NCBI GenBank assembly: GCA_046318155.1
Contig: JBKCUU010000051.1
Coordinates: 1-34,197, forward strand
Length of the DNA stretch: 34,197 bases
Direction of reading: 5' to 3'
Source: Bdellovibrio sp.
Lineage (GTDB): Bacteria > Bdellovibrionota > Bdellovibrionia > Bdellovibrionales > Bdellovibrionaceae
Below the pieces are notes generated by a model. That model saw only the letters and a program-made list of their open reading frames with translations. It ran no database searches and had not been told where the DNA came from. Below, piece after piece: positions 17,244-27,419 of the stretch. Positions within the stretch are counted from its first letter, which is position 1. Each line of letters starts with the position of its first letter. A program made the position numbers and the translations under genes.

Positions 17244-18647
17244 ATGCGTCGCTTCTTTGCATTTTTCATTCTGACCTTGGCATTTCAAAGTATGACATTT
17301 CAGGCTCGAGCCCAAGACGCGGGCAAGGGTTCTGTTTACATTAAAGTCGGCGAGGCAAAGGCGCAAAAAAGTTTGGTGGCCTTTCCGGCCCTGCAGTTTC
17401 TAGGGAGCCCCGGAGCCTCTCCCAATTATAAATCCGTCGGGAGTGATCTGTTTAAAGTTGTTCTGAATGACCTCACTGTGACGGGCTATTTTCAATTTAT
17501 CGAGCAAAGCGCGTACCTCGAAGATCCAACGAAGACGGGCTTGCGTCCTTTTCCGACGGACGCCAATGGTTTTAAATTTGAAAGCTGGAAGCAAATCAGC
17601 GCCGAGTTTTTGATCCGAGCGAGTTTTTCGGTTTCAGGCGACTCTCTCACGCTGGAGGCTTATGCCTACCATGTGCCGAAAGCCAGCCTGGTTTTAGGCA
17701 AGCGCTACAAAGGAACCGTTTCGGGAGCACGCCGGATCGCTCATACGTTTGCTAATGATTTGATGGAAGCATTGACGGGCCAAAAAAGTATGTTTCTTTC
17801 AAAAATTGTGGTCTCAAGCGACCGCGGGGGCACCGCTGGTTCAAAAGAAATTTTCATCATGGACTGGGATGGCATGAACATTGAGAAAATCACGAATCAC
17901 AAATCAGTCGCGATTTCTCCGGCGTGGTCTCCCGATGGCAATAAAGTGGCCTACACGGCTTTCGTGATGCGCGCGAAGACCAAAACGCGTAACGCTGACA
18001 TGTTTATCTACGAATTGAACACCGGCAAACGCTGGCTGGTGTCTTACCGGCAAGGGATCAACTCGGGGGCCAATTTTGATCCAGACGGTAAGCACGTGTA
18101 TCTGACGATCTCTCAAGGTGGAAACCCCGACATCTTCAAAATGTCGATCGAAGGTGAATTGGTTAAAAAACTAACGAACGGACCGGTCGGTGCCATGAAC
18201 GTCGAACCCGCCATGAGTGCGGACGGCAGCAAAATGGCTTTTTCATCAGATCGCAGTGGAAACCCCATGATCTATGTTATGAACGCGGATGGCACCAATC
18301 CTAAGCGCGTGACGTTTGCGGGTAAATTCAATGCGTCTCCGGCCTGGTCACCGGATGGTAAAAAAATCGCCTTCTCGGGCTGGCAAGATGATCACTTCGA
18401 CGTGTTCGTGATGGATGCCGATGGCACGAACATGCAACGAATTACTCAAGCTCGCAAACCCAATGGCAAATGGTCACGCAACGAAGATCCCGTTTTTTCT
18501 CCTGACGGCCGTTTGCTGATGTACACCTCTGATCGCACGGGGAGCAGCCAAATTTATATTTCAAACTTAGATGGCTCTGAAGAGCGCCGTGTGACAAACG
18601 ATTCGCACAATTACTTTAAACCCAAGTGGTCAAAAAATCTTGAGTGA
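17244..18647 (+). CDS. tolB: TolB periplasmic beta-propeller protein
   Basis: Signal peptide, RRIAHTFAN, repeated PD40 motifs ([15 protein letters not shown]). Confidence 0.95.
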   Translation: MRRFFAFFILTLAFQSMTFQARAQDAGKGSVYIKVGEAKAQKSLVAFPALQFLGSPGASPNYKSVGSDLFKVVLNDLTVTGYFQFIEQSAYLEDPTKTGLRPFPTDANGFKFESWKQISAEFLIRASFSVSGDSLTLEAYAYHVPKASLVLGKRYKGTVSGARRIAHTFANDLMEALTGQKSMFLSKIVVSSDRGGTAGSKEIFIMDWDGMNIEKITNHKSVAISPAWSPDGNKVAYTAFVMRAKTKTRNADMFIYELNTGKRWLVSYRQGINSGANFDPDGKHVYLTISQGGNPDIFKMSIEGELVKKLTNGPVGAMNVEPAMSADGSKMAFSSDRSGNPMIYVMNADGTNPKRVTFAGKFNASPAWSPDGKKIAFSGWQDDHFDVFVMDADGTNMQRITQARKPNGKWSRNEDPVFSPDGRLLMYTSDRTGSSQIYISNLDGSEERRVTNDSHNYFKPKWSKNLE

Positions 18648-20997
18648 TCTCGGCAAGACCCTCCGGCAGAGGAGGGCGCGTGAATGGGCCGAGTGCGCTC
18701 GGCTGACTTTTGAGCGAGAAGTTTCGACTCAGGAGATCTGTCTGCGTTGGTCGCGCTTTGCGGACGCCTCTCTCACTGAAGCGTTTAAAAACTGCAGTCA
18801 GCAGATCCCCCTGCAAACTCAACTTGGTCTTTTTGCGTACGGCAAGTTGGGTTCAAACGAACTGAACCTCAGTTCGGATGTTGATTTGGTTTTGGTCAGC
18901 GATAGCGATGATCCCAATCTCAAGCATTGGCTTCGCCGCTTTCGGCAGTTGCTTCAAGATCCCACCGAAGATGGTTTTTGCTTTCGTCTTGATTTTGACC
19001 TTAGGCCTGGTGGCCGCATGGGTTCGATCATTCCGACACTCTCACAGTTTGAAGATTATTTTTCTAATTATGGTGAGGCCTGGGAGCGCCTGGCGTTTGT
19101 GCGCTTTCGTCCTGTTTGCGGCGACGAGGCGTTGTTAAAAACCTGCATGGCTCAAGCGCATAAATTTACGTTCCGTAAGCATCTTGATTTTGGCTTGATG
19201 GAAGACCTTAAAGATTTGCGCCAGCGTATACACGAACAAAACTGGCGAAGATCAGAAAACGGCGCCATTGATTTGAAGCTGGGTCTGGGCGGCATTCGGG
19301 ACTTAGAACTTTTTGTTCATACATTGCAAGTGATCCATGGTGGCCGTCTCGGTGAGTTTCGAACTGAGTCGACAACCGAGGCGATTCAGCGGCTAAAGGC
19401 CGCGGGTCTCGTCGCAGCGTTGGACAGCACTTTTTTACAGTCTCACTATTGGGAGCTCCGGCATTACGAAAATGCCTTGCAAGGTTCGACGGATCAGCAG
19501 ATTCAAGTTTTAAAACAAAACGAGTGGCCCGAATTGATCAGTTCTGAAGAGCGCGAGCTTTTGCGGCAAAATATGCAAAAATGCCGTGACCTGGTCACGA
19601 GTCTGCTGGGTGCCGTCGACGAGAAGGCACGTTCACTTCCCGAAGCGGACGCCGATCAACTTCTGTGGCTGCAAAGCCTTGGGTTCTCGAATCATGCCGT
19701 ACAGGACCTGTGGCCTTCACTCGCTCACAAAACGGTTCTCTCTCGCCAGCCGGAGCGCGACGAGCTTTATCGCAAACGGTTCTTGTTTGAGATGGTGAGC
19801 CGACTTGCGGCCGCACCCGCACCGGATTTCTCGCTTCGAGTGTTGCACGATTTTCTAAAATCGATTCGCGCGAAGTCTTCGTTTTTTTATTTGCTCGTAA
19901 AAAATCCGCAAGTAATGGACCGCCTTGGCTTGCTCTTTTCCCATTCATCTTACCTGAGTCAGATCTTAATTGGTCGGCCCGAATTACTTGATAGTTTTTT
20001 GTACCAGATGCAGGATTCTGGTTTTGCTGAAGCCTGGGATGATTTTTTGTCCGACTGTCTCGAAAAAAAATTGCTAGCCCAGCTCACTTCGGGCCTGGAT
20101 TTTTTGAAAGACCGTGATTTAGATTCACTGCTGTCAAAAGTGACTCGAACCGCCGATACTCTGGTCACCCAAATTTTTGCCAAGCTTCAGACCGAGCATG
20201 CAACAAAGCTCGAAGTTTTGTGTTTAGGAAAGTGGGGCGGCGGTGAGTTGGGTCTGCATTCTGATTTAGATTTGGTCTTTGTTTGCGACAGTCACCCCCC
20301 CGACGAGAACGACGCCAAGGTGGCCCGGCGGTTGATCTCTCGCCTCACCGAAGTTCAGCGCGGTGGATCCTTGTACCAGCTTGATTTTCGTCTCAAGCCC
20401 CATGGTAAAGGCGGCTTGCTCATGACAGCCAAGCTCGATTTACTCGAGTACCTCAAAACACATGCAAACATTTGGGAACGGCAAGCTTATCTTCGAACAC
20501 GTTCCCTTGCCGCCCATCCGGACTTTGATAAGCTTGTGCATGAGGCCTGCGTGTCTCGGCCCGTCCTCGAATCCGAGTGGCAACAACTTCGAGACATTCG
20601 AGAGGCCTTGCAAAGAAAATCCAAAAGCGCGATTGATTTGAAACACCAGTTTGGTGGGTTGATCGATACTGAGTTTGCGGTTCAACTCACGCGGCTCGCG
20701 CACCAGCAAACGCCGCAATCAACCTCAACCCGAGCAGAACTCAAAGAGTTGGCACAGACGGATTCTCGCTGGGGGCTGGTGCTTGCAAACTACGACGAGA
20801 TTCGGGTCCTTGAACAAACACTGCGGCTCGTGAGCTCCAGATCCGCCGCCCACATCACCGAGAGCTCGGCTGAGCTCGAAATGCTGGCTGGCGCATTGCA
20901 TCTTGATGCGCCTGTTATTGCGCAGCGCATGCGCTCTCTACTCGAACAAAATGCAGCCCTCTTAGCCCTTCTTGACCCTCGCACGATGAGCGGCTAA
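18640..20997 (+). CDS. glnE: Glutamine synthetase adenylyltransferase-like protein (two nucleotidyltransferase domains)
   Basis: [40 protein letters not shown], and a second copy [38 protein letters not shown]. Confidence 0.9.
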   Translation: MSDLGKTLRQRRAREWAECARLTFEREVSTQEICLRWSRFADASLTEAFKNCSQQIPLQTQLGLFAYGKLGSNELNLSSDVDLVLVSDSDDPNLKHWLRRFRQLLQDPTEDGFCFRLDFDLRPGGRMGSIIPTLSQFEDYFSNYGEAWERLAFVRFRPVCGDEALLKTCMAQAHKFTFRKHLDFGLMEDLKDLRQRIHEQNWRRSENGAIDLKLGLGGIRDLELFVHTLQVIHGGRLGEFRTESTTEAIQRLKAAGLVAALDSTFLQSHYWELRHYENALQGSTDQQIQVLKQNEWPELISSEERELLRQNMQKCRDLVTSLLGAVDEKARSLPEADADQLLWLQSLGFSNHAVQDLWPSLAHKTVLSRQPERDELYRKRFLFEMVSRLAAAPAPDFSLRVLHDFLKSIRAKSSFFYLLVKNPQVMDRLGLLFSHSSYLSQILIGRPELLDSFLYQMQDSGFAEAWDDFLSDCLEKKLLAQLTSGLDFLKDRDLDSLLSKVTRTADTLVTQIFAKLQTEHATKLEVLCLGKWGGGELGLHSDLDLVFVCDSHPPDENDAKVARRLISRLTEVQRGGSLYQLDFRLKPHGKGGLLMTAKLDLLEYLKTHANIWERQAYLRTRSLAAHPDFDKLVHEACVSRPVLESEWQQLRDIREALQRKSKSAIDLKHQFGGLIDTEFAVQLTRLAHQQTPQSTSTRAELKELAQTDSRWGLVLANYDEIRVLEQTLRLVSSRSAAHITESSAELEMLAGALHLDAPVIAQRMRSLLEQNAALLALLDPRTMSG

Positions 20998-21007
20998 GCA
21001 CAATTCC

Positions 21008-21736
21008 ATGTCAAAAAAGAATGTACTCAAGGTGTTTTGGATTTACGTTGCGGCCCTCGTTGTGTTTGCGTTTGGACTTGATAGTCGGGCTCAATCGACA
21101 ACCCCCACTCCGTCCGAAAAGGCGGCAGAAGTCGCGGCTGTCGCAACAGGCGAAACCAAACCAACGACCAAAAAAGACGCCAAGAAAAAAGAAAAGGCAT
21201 CCGTCACCAAACCAAAAGAGGCAAAGCAGATGATTGCGGTTTTCGATACAACCAAAGGGACTTTTAAAGCCAAGCTTTTCGCTGAGCAAACACCTAAAAC
21301 TGTGGAAAACTTTGTCGGCCTTGCGGAAGGCACCAAGGCTTGGACCGATCCTAAATCAGGCAAAGAAATGAAAAAGCCTTTTTACGATGGTTTGATTTTT
21401 CACCGCGTCATCCCCAATTTCATGCTTCAAGGCGGATGCCCTTTGAAAAACGGAACAGGTGGGCCTGGATACAAATTCGGTGACGAGTTCGTTCCCTCTT
21501 TGCGCCACGACCGTCCCGGTCTTCTTTCGATGGCAAACGCAGGCCCCGGCACCAACGGCAGCCAGTTTTTTGTGACAACCGTGGCAACTCCTTGGCTGAA
21601 TGACAAACATACGATCTTTGGTGAAGTGACTGAGGGCATGGACGTTGTTCTTGCGATCGAAAAAGTCCGCACTGGTCCTGGCGATCGCCCCGTTGAAGAC
21701 GTGGTCATCAATTCGATTAAAATACAGCGCAAATAA
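21008..21736 (+). CDS. Cyclophilin-type peptidyl-prolyl isomerase with signal peptide and Lys-rich linker
   Basis: [43 protein letters not shown]. Confidence 0.96.
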   Translation: MSKKNVLKVFWIYVAALVVFAFGLDSRAQSTTPTPSEKAAEVAAVATGETKPTTKKDAKKKEKASVTKPKEAKQMIAVFDTTKGTFKAKLFAEQTPKTVENFVGLAEGTKAWTDPKSGKEMKKPFYDGLIFHRVIPNFMLQGGCPLKNGTGGPGYKFGDEFVPSLRHDRPGLLSMANAGPGTNGSQFFVTTVATPWLNDKHTIFGEVTEGMDVVLAIEKVRTGPGDRPVEDVVINSIKIQRK

Positions 21737-21774
21737 GCGCAACGAGAGACTGTCTAAATTTCTGACAGGTGCCT

Positions 21775-21807
21775 AACAAACCCCGCCGAAAGCGGGGTTT
21801 TGTTTTT
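21775..21807 (+). terminator. Rho-independent terminator after the cyclophilin gene
   Basis: AAACCCCGC-CGAAA-GCGGGGTTT followed by TGTTTTT. Confidence 0.9.
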
Positions 21808-21899
21808 GGCAAACCGATCTTCTCAAATCTATTGCTTTCTGGCGGCATTGGCCTTGCTCGTCTCTTTTGTACGGGACTCAACTTCCGTATGGAGGCTTC

Positions 21900-24842
21900 A
21901 TGGCTTGGCTCACGTGCAAACATCAGCTGAAATTGAAAGACAAGGTTCAGCTTTTGATCAAGGCATCCGTGATCGCAGCACTGCTCCTGCCGAGTTTTAA
22001 CGCGGCTGCCGCCCCTTTGATGGTTCCAGGTCTTGGAACTTTTTCGATCACTAAACTCACGCAAGCCGGTGTTTCTAAAATCAACACGGTTCGCAACTCT
22101 GCGGGCGAAGTCGTTTATCAATTTGTCGATGACTCTGGAAATGTCTTGCGCAGCTTTATCTTTGGTAAGAGCAATCCACAGGTTCTAAACGAGTTCATGC
22201 CCTCAAAGCTGAGTCGCTATTTTTCTTATCTCGGACAAAACTCAGGCAAAATTGCCAAACATAAAATTAAAGATTTTCCTTTTGAAGCCTTCACGTTCTT
22301 TGTTGCCATTGGTGCTATTACGACAGGTGAGCTCATTTTTAACTACAATCAAAATCCTGTCGCCATGGATCAGTTTTTAACCTCGCAAAAAGACCCTGTC
22401 GCCCAAATGGGTTTTGCCGCCTTCATGGTGGCCAATGGTCTGACTTCAGAGCCTTTAATGGCGGTCGCTCAAACAAAAGGTGCCAAGTACTTTATCCCCT
22501 ACCTTGGTATGTCTGTTGGCATGATCGCTTCAAATATCGTTCACGAAATCGGGCACTTTCCAGGTCTTAAGGAATGTGCGCTGGGACTTGGCAAACGCGG
22601 CCTTCAGCAAGCAACCGCATTGGTGGGTGGTTCGGCTGTTCCCGACATGAAGGTTTGCGATAAAGCGTTTGAAGCTTGGACGAAAATGAGTCTTTCTGAA
22701 AAAGGCCACGAGTGGGCGCCCGGCCTCTTCGCGATGGTTGCTTCGACGGCGCTCGCCGGCGGAATTGAAGCCGCTCTCACTGGAAGCGTTGGGCTTGCAG
22801 CTCGAATGTCTTCAGCGGTTGCCATTCGCATGATCGCAATTGAAATGCTCATCACGGTGACGCCTGGTGGGATGGTCTTTCGCGGTGCACGTTGGACTTA
22901 TAAACTGGCGCAGCTCTCGGGCTTTATCTACCTCGACGTCATCTTACGAGCCCCGATGGTTTTTACATGGAAAAACTCGGTGCAACTGGGGCCGCAGCTC
23001 AGAGACGCCGACCAACGCATCGGCATCTTAGCTAAACGCAAACTCTTGAATGGTTGGGCGGCCGAAACAGCACTCAATGCGGCAGGCAATCCGGCCTGTG
23101 CAGAAAATCAAAAAGAAAAATGCTACCTCGATTTAGATCGAGAGCTGATCGAGTTTCAGGCCGTTAGCGCCAAATGGCGCGAAGCAAATTTAGAATCCGT
23201 CTTGATGGCCCATGCAAACTGGTCACAGTACCTGCATCAGCTCACCAGTCAGTACCGTTTATCAAAACAGTTCTATACAGACTTTGCCTCAGATCTTTGG
23301 AAGAAAAAATTTGAAACCCCCGAAAATTATACTCCCCTCATGGACCGCGCGCTGCCTTTGTATGGCGTGACACCGAAGGGTCTTGAGAGCGAGGACCAAG
23401 ATAAGTTTTTGTTGCAGCCAAGCAAAGTTCAAGAGATGCAAATGCAAACCGTCGCCGACGTTGTTGCCGGTCTTTCCGAAAATGCTGCTCAAGTTAATGG
23501 CCTTCGTGCGGATCAACGAAAAGTTTATGAAGACATCGTTGCCGGTTTGGCGTCGAAGGATATAAACAAGATTGGCATTGCACTTCAAGACTTGCGTTAC
23601 CGGCTTTGGAAGGATCCGATGCAACACTTAGCTCCGACCATGACTGAGCTTAAGAATGTTTTAGAGCCCATTTTTGCAAAGCTTGGTGATCCCAAACCCC
23701 TGATGGCCCCTGGCCAAGGTTACTTAAAATTAGTCGCGAAAGACCCCAGCAATCCGATCTACGCCAACTCGCCTTTTTCGGGTGGCAACGGAATTGCGCT
23801 CACGCCCACGGCCCCGGAATATTTGGTCATGCAAATGATCATGGGGCCTGATGCACAAAAGGGCGAGAATACGATCACCAATAACTTGTCCGGATTTCCT
23901 GCTAGTTTCGAGGCCCCCAGAATTCGTTTGGATGGACAGGTGCGCTCGCAGCGGCTTCCACAAAATCCACGGTTGGGAGTTGATCTCAACCAGTCGATCT
24001 TTGGTCTGAAGTTTTGGGTTGAAAGAAACGGCAAGGTTAGCGGCGGCGGAACGATGTTTGATTACCTCCGGAATGAGGGCGTTCGCCCCGAAGTCCTTGG
24101 AGACGAAAGCGAACAACGCATGGCTGAGTGGTGGGAGCAATATCCCGAAAAGCAATTCACAAAGGCGTTCATCAGCTACGAACAGGAGTACGAGGACATT
24201 ATCCAAGACCTGCACCAAAAATTATTTCGCTCCGAGAGCAGTGTTCTTAACCGCGGACCTATTTCAAACGGAATCTTAAAAGCCCTTGAGCAAGAGCGCT
24301 CAGTCTACCTTTACATTTTAGACGCCTTTCTGAATTCGTCTGAGGGCCGTCGTTCAGCTGCTCCCGCGGATGAAACAAAATACTCGGTGCTCGTCGCTGC
24401 TGGTCAGCTGCAGAATAGTCAAAACGACTGGACCAAGGCCATGATGACTCAGTGGAAATCACTTGAAGTCTTGCTGGGTAAACTTCAACAAAAACCTGTG
24501 CGCACTGCTCAGGGAACGAGAAACTTTGTCGTTTCACGCGTCACGAACCAAGAGTTACAGAACCTCAACAAGTCTCTTGAAGAGCTGGTGAAGCAGTTTC
24601 CCGTCGAAGATATGGATCAGCTCTCGGATTTTCAGAAGAAAGTCATCGCAGCGGCACTTCAGGGACTGAGTGCGACGTCTCAAGAAATTTTAAACTTAGG
24701 GCAGATCATCAACAACGTCAGCTATGTCGAGAACTTTCTCGGCGATGCTGGAGGCGAACCGATGCCTCGCCGTTGTTTGAATGCACCGGCGGCTCGAGGC
24801 ACCCAGCAGTGGCTGGCAACCCAGTACCGCGACTGTCCGTGA
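21900..24842 (+). CDS. Large secreted or membrane-associated protein of unknown function (~980 aa)
   Basis: ATG 21900 with GGAGG SD (the track starts at TTG 21867); signal-like LLIKASVIAALLLPSFNAAA; several Gly/Ala-rich hydrophobic helices in the N-terminal third; helical remainder. Confidence 0.85.
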   Translation: MAWLTCKHQLKLKDKVQLLIKASVIAALLLPSFNAAAAPLMVPGLGTFSITKLTQAGVSKINTVRNSAGEVVYQFVDDSGNVLRSFIFGKSNPQVLNEFMPSKLSRYFSYLGQNSGKIAKHKIKDFPFEAFTFFVAIGAITTGELIFNYNQNPVAMDQFLTSQKDPVAQMGFAAFMVANGLTSEPLMAVAQTKGAKYFIPYLGMSVGMIASNIVHEIGHFPGLKECALGLGKRGLQQATALVGGSAVPDMKVCDKAFEAWTKMSLSEKGHEWAPGLFAMVASTALAGGIEAALTGSVGLAARMSSAVAIRMIAIEMLITVTPGGMVFRGARWTYKLAQLSGFIYLDVILRAPMVFTWKNSVQLGPQLRDADQRIGILAKRKLLNGWAAETALNAAGNPACAENQKEKCYLDLDRELIEFQAVSAKWREANLESVLMAHANWSQYLHQLTSQYRLSKQFYTDFASDLWKKKFETPENYTPLMDRALPLYGVTPKGLESEDQDKFLLQPSKVQEMQMQTVADVVAGLSENAAQVNGLRADQRKVYEDIVAGLASKDINKIGIALQDLRYRLWKDPMQHLAPTMTELKNVLEPIFAKLGDPKPLMAPGQGYLKLVAKDPSNPIYANSPFSGGNGIALTPTAPEYLVMQMIMGPDAQKGENTITNNLSGFPASFEAPRIRLDGQVRSQRLPQNPRLGVDLNQSIFGLKFWVERNGKVSGGGTMFDYLRNEGVRPEVLGDESEQRMAEWWEQYPEKQFTKAFISYEQEYEDIIQDLHQKLFRSESSVLNRGPISNGILKALEQERSVYLYILDAFLNSSEGRRSAAPADETKYSVLVAAGQLQNSQNDWTKAMMTQWKSLEVLLGKLQQKPVRTAQGTRNFVVSRVTNQELQNLNKSLEELVKQFPVEDMDQLSDFQKKVIAAALQGLSATSQEILNLGQIINNVSYVENFLGDAGGEPMPRRCLNAPAARGTQQWLATQYRDCP

Positions 24843-25009
24843 ACATAAAGGGCGGCATAGATCTTGGACTCATTGTCGGGTGTAGACATAAAACGAACCA
24901 GGCGGTTTTTAGCAGCTCGAGGGGGCCGGAAATTGTCTGCTGTCAAAAGATTAAACAGGTTTAAAATTAAAGAATTAAAGAATTTTTTAAAACAAGCGGG
25001 AGCTCAAAA

Positions 25010-25729
25010 ATGAAAAAAACAATGTCACTCAGTATTTCGAAGTCATTATCAATGGCCATGTCAGTTTTGATGACCTTATCTGCAGTCGGCGCGGTCGCTG
25101 CCCCAGGTACACGAGTCAATGATGTTCGCACACGCTTTGAACGCGATATCCGCGAGGGCCAGAAAACTCTCGAGGTCGGAAATAAAGAAGCCGTCCGCCA
25201 AGATCTGATCAAAGACCTGTCAGCGATGACAGGCCGAACTGTGAACAATCGCGAAATGGGCATCGCCTTAGGCAAAACTTTCGAGCTCAATGAAGGCGGC
25301 ATTAAAGTTGAAGTCAATCTGCTTCAGCTCGCGCAGGCCATCCGTGACGCAAAAAACGTAACTTCACAAATAAACCGCAATGAACTTGATGCGGAAGCAA
25401 AACGTTTGATGGAACAAAAAGACCGCGCACTGGAAATTGTCCCAAAGTTTCTGTCTTTGGCTGCAAACGTTTCTCGCGCGGCGACTCCAGCAAAACAAAA
25501 AGAACTTGATGCTTTTATTAAGCAAATGTCTTTGATTAAAGAATCGCTTTCAACAATGGATATCGCTGAACTCAAGTCGCACCTTGATGTGATGGAACTC
25601 GCGATCGAAAACAAATTGCGAAATCCTGAGCTCGAAGGCGACCAAGCTTATGCACAGGCTTTGAAAGCAAAGTTCGGCGACAAATACGCTCAGAAGCTTG
25701 AAGAAATTCTCGGCTGCGCTCGGCAGTAA
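25010..25729 (+). CDS. Secreted alpha-helical protein of unknown function
   Basis: GGGAG SD; signal peptide ending AVGAVA; charged amphipathic helices; single Cys near the C-terminus. Confidence 0.85.
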   Translation: MKKTMSLSISKSLSMAMSVLMTLSAVGAVAAPGTRVNDVRTRFERDIREGQKTLEVGNKEAVRQDLIKDLSAMTGRTVNNREMGIALGKTFELNEGGIKVEVNLLQLAQAIRDAKNVTSQINRNELDAEAKRLMEQKDRALEIVPKFLSLAANVSRAATPAKQKELDAFIKQMSLIKESLSTMDIAELKSHLDVMELAIENKLRNPELEGDQAYAQALKAKFGDKYAQKLEEILGCARQ

Positions 25730-25794
25730 TCTGGATTCGAAATCTAAAAGGGGTCTGAACCTGACTGGCTCCATGTCTTAAAGACGGTCTCTCG

Positions 25795-25824
25795 AAAGGA
25801 CTCCTCGCAAAGGAGTCCTTTTTT
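25795..25824. terminator. Rho-independent terminator, probably bidirectional, between the convergent 239-aa gene and motB
   Basis: AAAGGACTCCT-CGCAA-AGGAGTCCTTT followed by TTT. Confidence 0.9.
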
Positions 25825-26563
25825 ATTGGGCCGGCTCGTTGTTGACGATCAAAATTTCGATCCGTCGGTTTTGTGCGCGGTTTTGATCTGAGTTATTCGG
25901 AACGAGCGGCTTGGTGTCCGCATAAGAAATGGCCGAAAGCCGGCTCGGATCAAAACCATGAACCTTGGTGAGGTATCTCACCACGGATGTCGCCCGAACC
26001 GCGCCGAGCTCCCAGTTGCTTTCAAAGTCACCCCCCACAAGTGGCAGGTCATCGGTATGCCCTTCAATCACAATCTTGTTTGGAGCTGCCTTTAGAAACT
26101 TCGCAATTTTATCCATGGCGCTCAACGCTGGGCGCCTCAGTTTTGCCTGACCCGAAGGGAAAAAAGTCGATGCCGCGAGGGATATCCGAACTCCCCTCGT
26201 GTCGTGGCGGAGGCCGCCGATCGCGAGTTTGCGCTCTTCTTCCGTTAAATTTTTTTGCAAAAGTTTCTCGACGTAATCTTGCAACTCAACGTTGCCAATG
26301 TTGCGCTTTTGAAACAAGTCAATGGGCTCGATGATTTCGCCCATGAGGCCGCCGCCCTCTTGGTCGCCGGCTCCGCCAGCGCCCATGAGCCTCAGTTCAG
26401 TTCGTAATGAGCTTTGGAATTCTTTTTTCTTTTCTTGGTTTTGTGTCGACGTCGCATAAAGAACCACAAAAAATGCGAAGAGCAGCGTGATAAAATCCGC
26501 ATACGAAACGAGCCACCTCTCGTGGTTCTCATGTTCTTCCGCCCGCTTCTTGCGCGTGATCAT
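25823..26563 (-). CDS. motB: Flagellar stator protein MotB
   Basis: ERWLVSYADFITLLFAFFVVLYA with the catalytic Asp; OmpA-like domain EGHTD..SNWELGAVRA..NRRIEI. Confidence 0.96.
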   Translation of the reverse strand: MITRKKRAEEHENHERWLVSYADFITLLFAFFVVLYATSTQNQEKKKEFQSSLRTELRLMGAGGAGDQEGGGLMGEIIEPIDLFQKRNIGNVELQDYVEKLLQKNLTEEERKLAIGGLRHDTRGVRISLAASTFFPSGQAKLRRPALSAMDKIAKFLKAAPNKIVIEGHTDDLPLVGGDFESNWELGAVRATSVVRYLTKVHGFDPSRLSAISYADTKPLVPNNSDQNRAQNRRIEILIVNNEPAQ

Positions 26564-27312
26564 TATTTTTCATTCTCCAAGAACGCCTTGAGCTTCAGTT
26601 CTAACAAGCTCGGCGTCAGACCCGCCTGAATTCCCAGACCACCTTGAAGCGCCATTTCGCGAAACTTCATGTCGTCATGAACAATTTTCTTTATTTTATT
26701 GGCCAGCGGAATAAAAATCAAATTGGCAAAACCAACACCATAGATCGTTGCCACGAACGCGACGGCGATACCGGAGCCTAGCTTACTTGTGTCAGCAAGA
26801 TTGCTCATGACGTGAATGAGACCCAAAACTGCTCCGATGATTCCGATCGTCGGCGCAAACCCGCCAGCATCCATCCAGACCTTGGCTCCCGCCAGCAAGC
26901 GCTCCTCCTCAGACGTGATCCGCGTGTGAAAGACTTCGGTCATCACTTTTTGGTCAACACTGTCAACAACGGTGCGCATGACGTCTTGAAGAAACTCATC
27001 ACTGAGCGCAGGAATCTTGGGTTCAAGTGAGAGAACGCTTTCCTTGCGCGCGAGCTTGGCGCAATCCAAGATCTCGGCCAAGAGTGGTCCCTTTGAGCGA
27101 TTTTGTTTAAGAAATGCCCGCTTCGCTAAACGAAGTGCCATGGTGACATCTTGTGCTTTTGATGACACCAGCACGGCGCCAAAAGTGCCTGAAAGGACGA
27201 TTAACCCCGCTGCACCCTGCACAAGTGCTGCCGTGTGTCCCCCTTCAATCATGTTTCCAAGTAAGATGCCGCCAATGCCAATGATGAGTCCGAACAGTGT
27301 TGCTAATTCCAT
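26563..27312 (-). CDS. motA: Flagellar stator protein MotA (MotA/MotC-like)
   Basis: LARKESVLSLE (rotor-contact Arg and Glu), GGFAPTIGIIGAVLGLI, AVAFVATIYGVGFANLIFIP. Confidence 0.95.
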   Translation of the reverse strand: MELATLFGLIIGIGGILLGNMIEGGHTAALVQGAAGLIVLSGTFGAVLVSSKAQDVTMALRLAKRAFLKQNRSKGPLLAEILDCAKLARKESVLSLEPKIPALSDEFLQDVMRTVVDSVDQKVMTEVFHTRITSEEERLLAGAKVWMDAGGFAPTIGIIGAVLGLIHVMSNLADTSKLGSGIAVAFVATIYGVGFANLIFIPLANKIKKIVHDDMKFREMALQGGLGIQAGLTPSLLELKLKAFLENEK

Positions 27313-27419
27313 AGACCCTTATCGTCCCACAAGTCCTTGAAAAGCTTGAGTCATCTTAAGGTGTCCAGGCCAAAGACGGGCTCGACTTTGGACACGACCA
27401 ATCGTACACTTTGGCAGCC

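Noticed and set aside
25823..27312. Possible Zorya (ZorAB) anti-phage system
   Set aside because: MotA is normal length with rotor-contact residues and no long cytoplasmic tail, and no zorC/D/E-like genes are adjacent.
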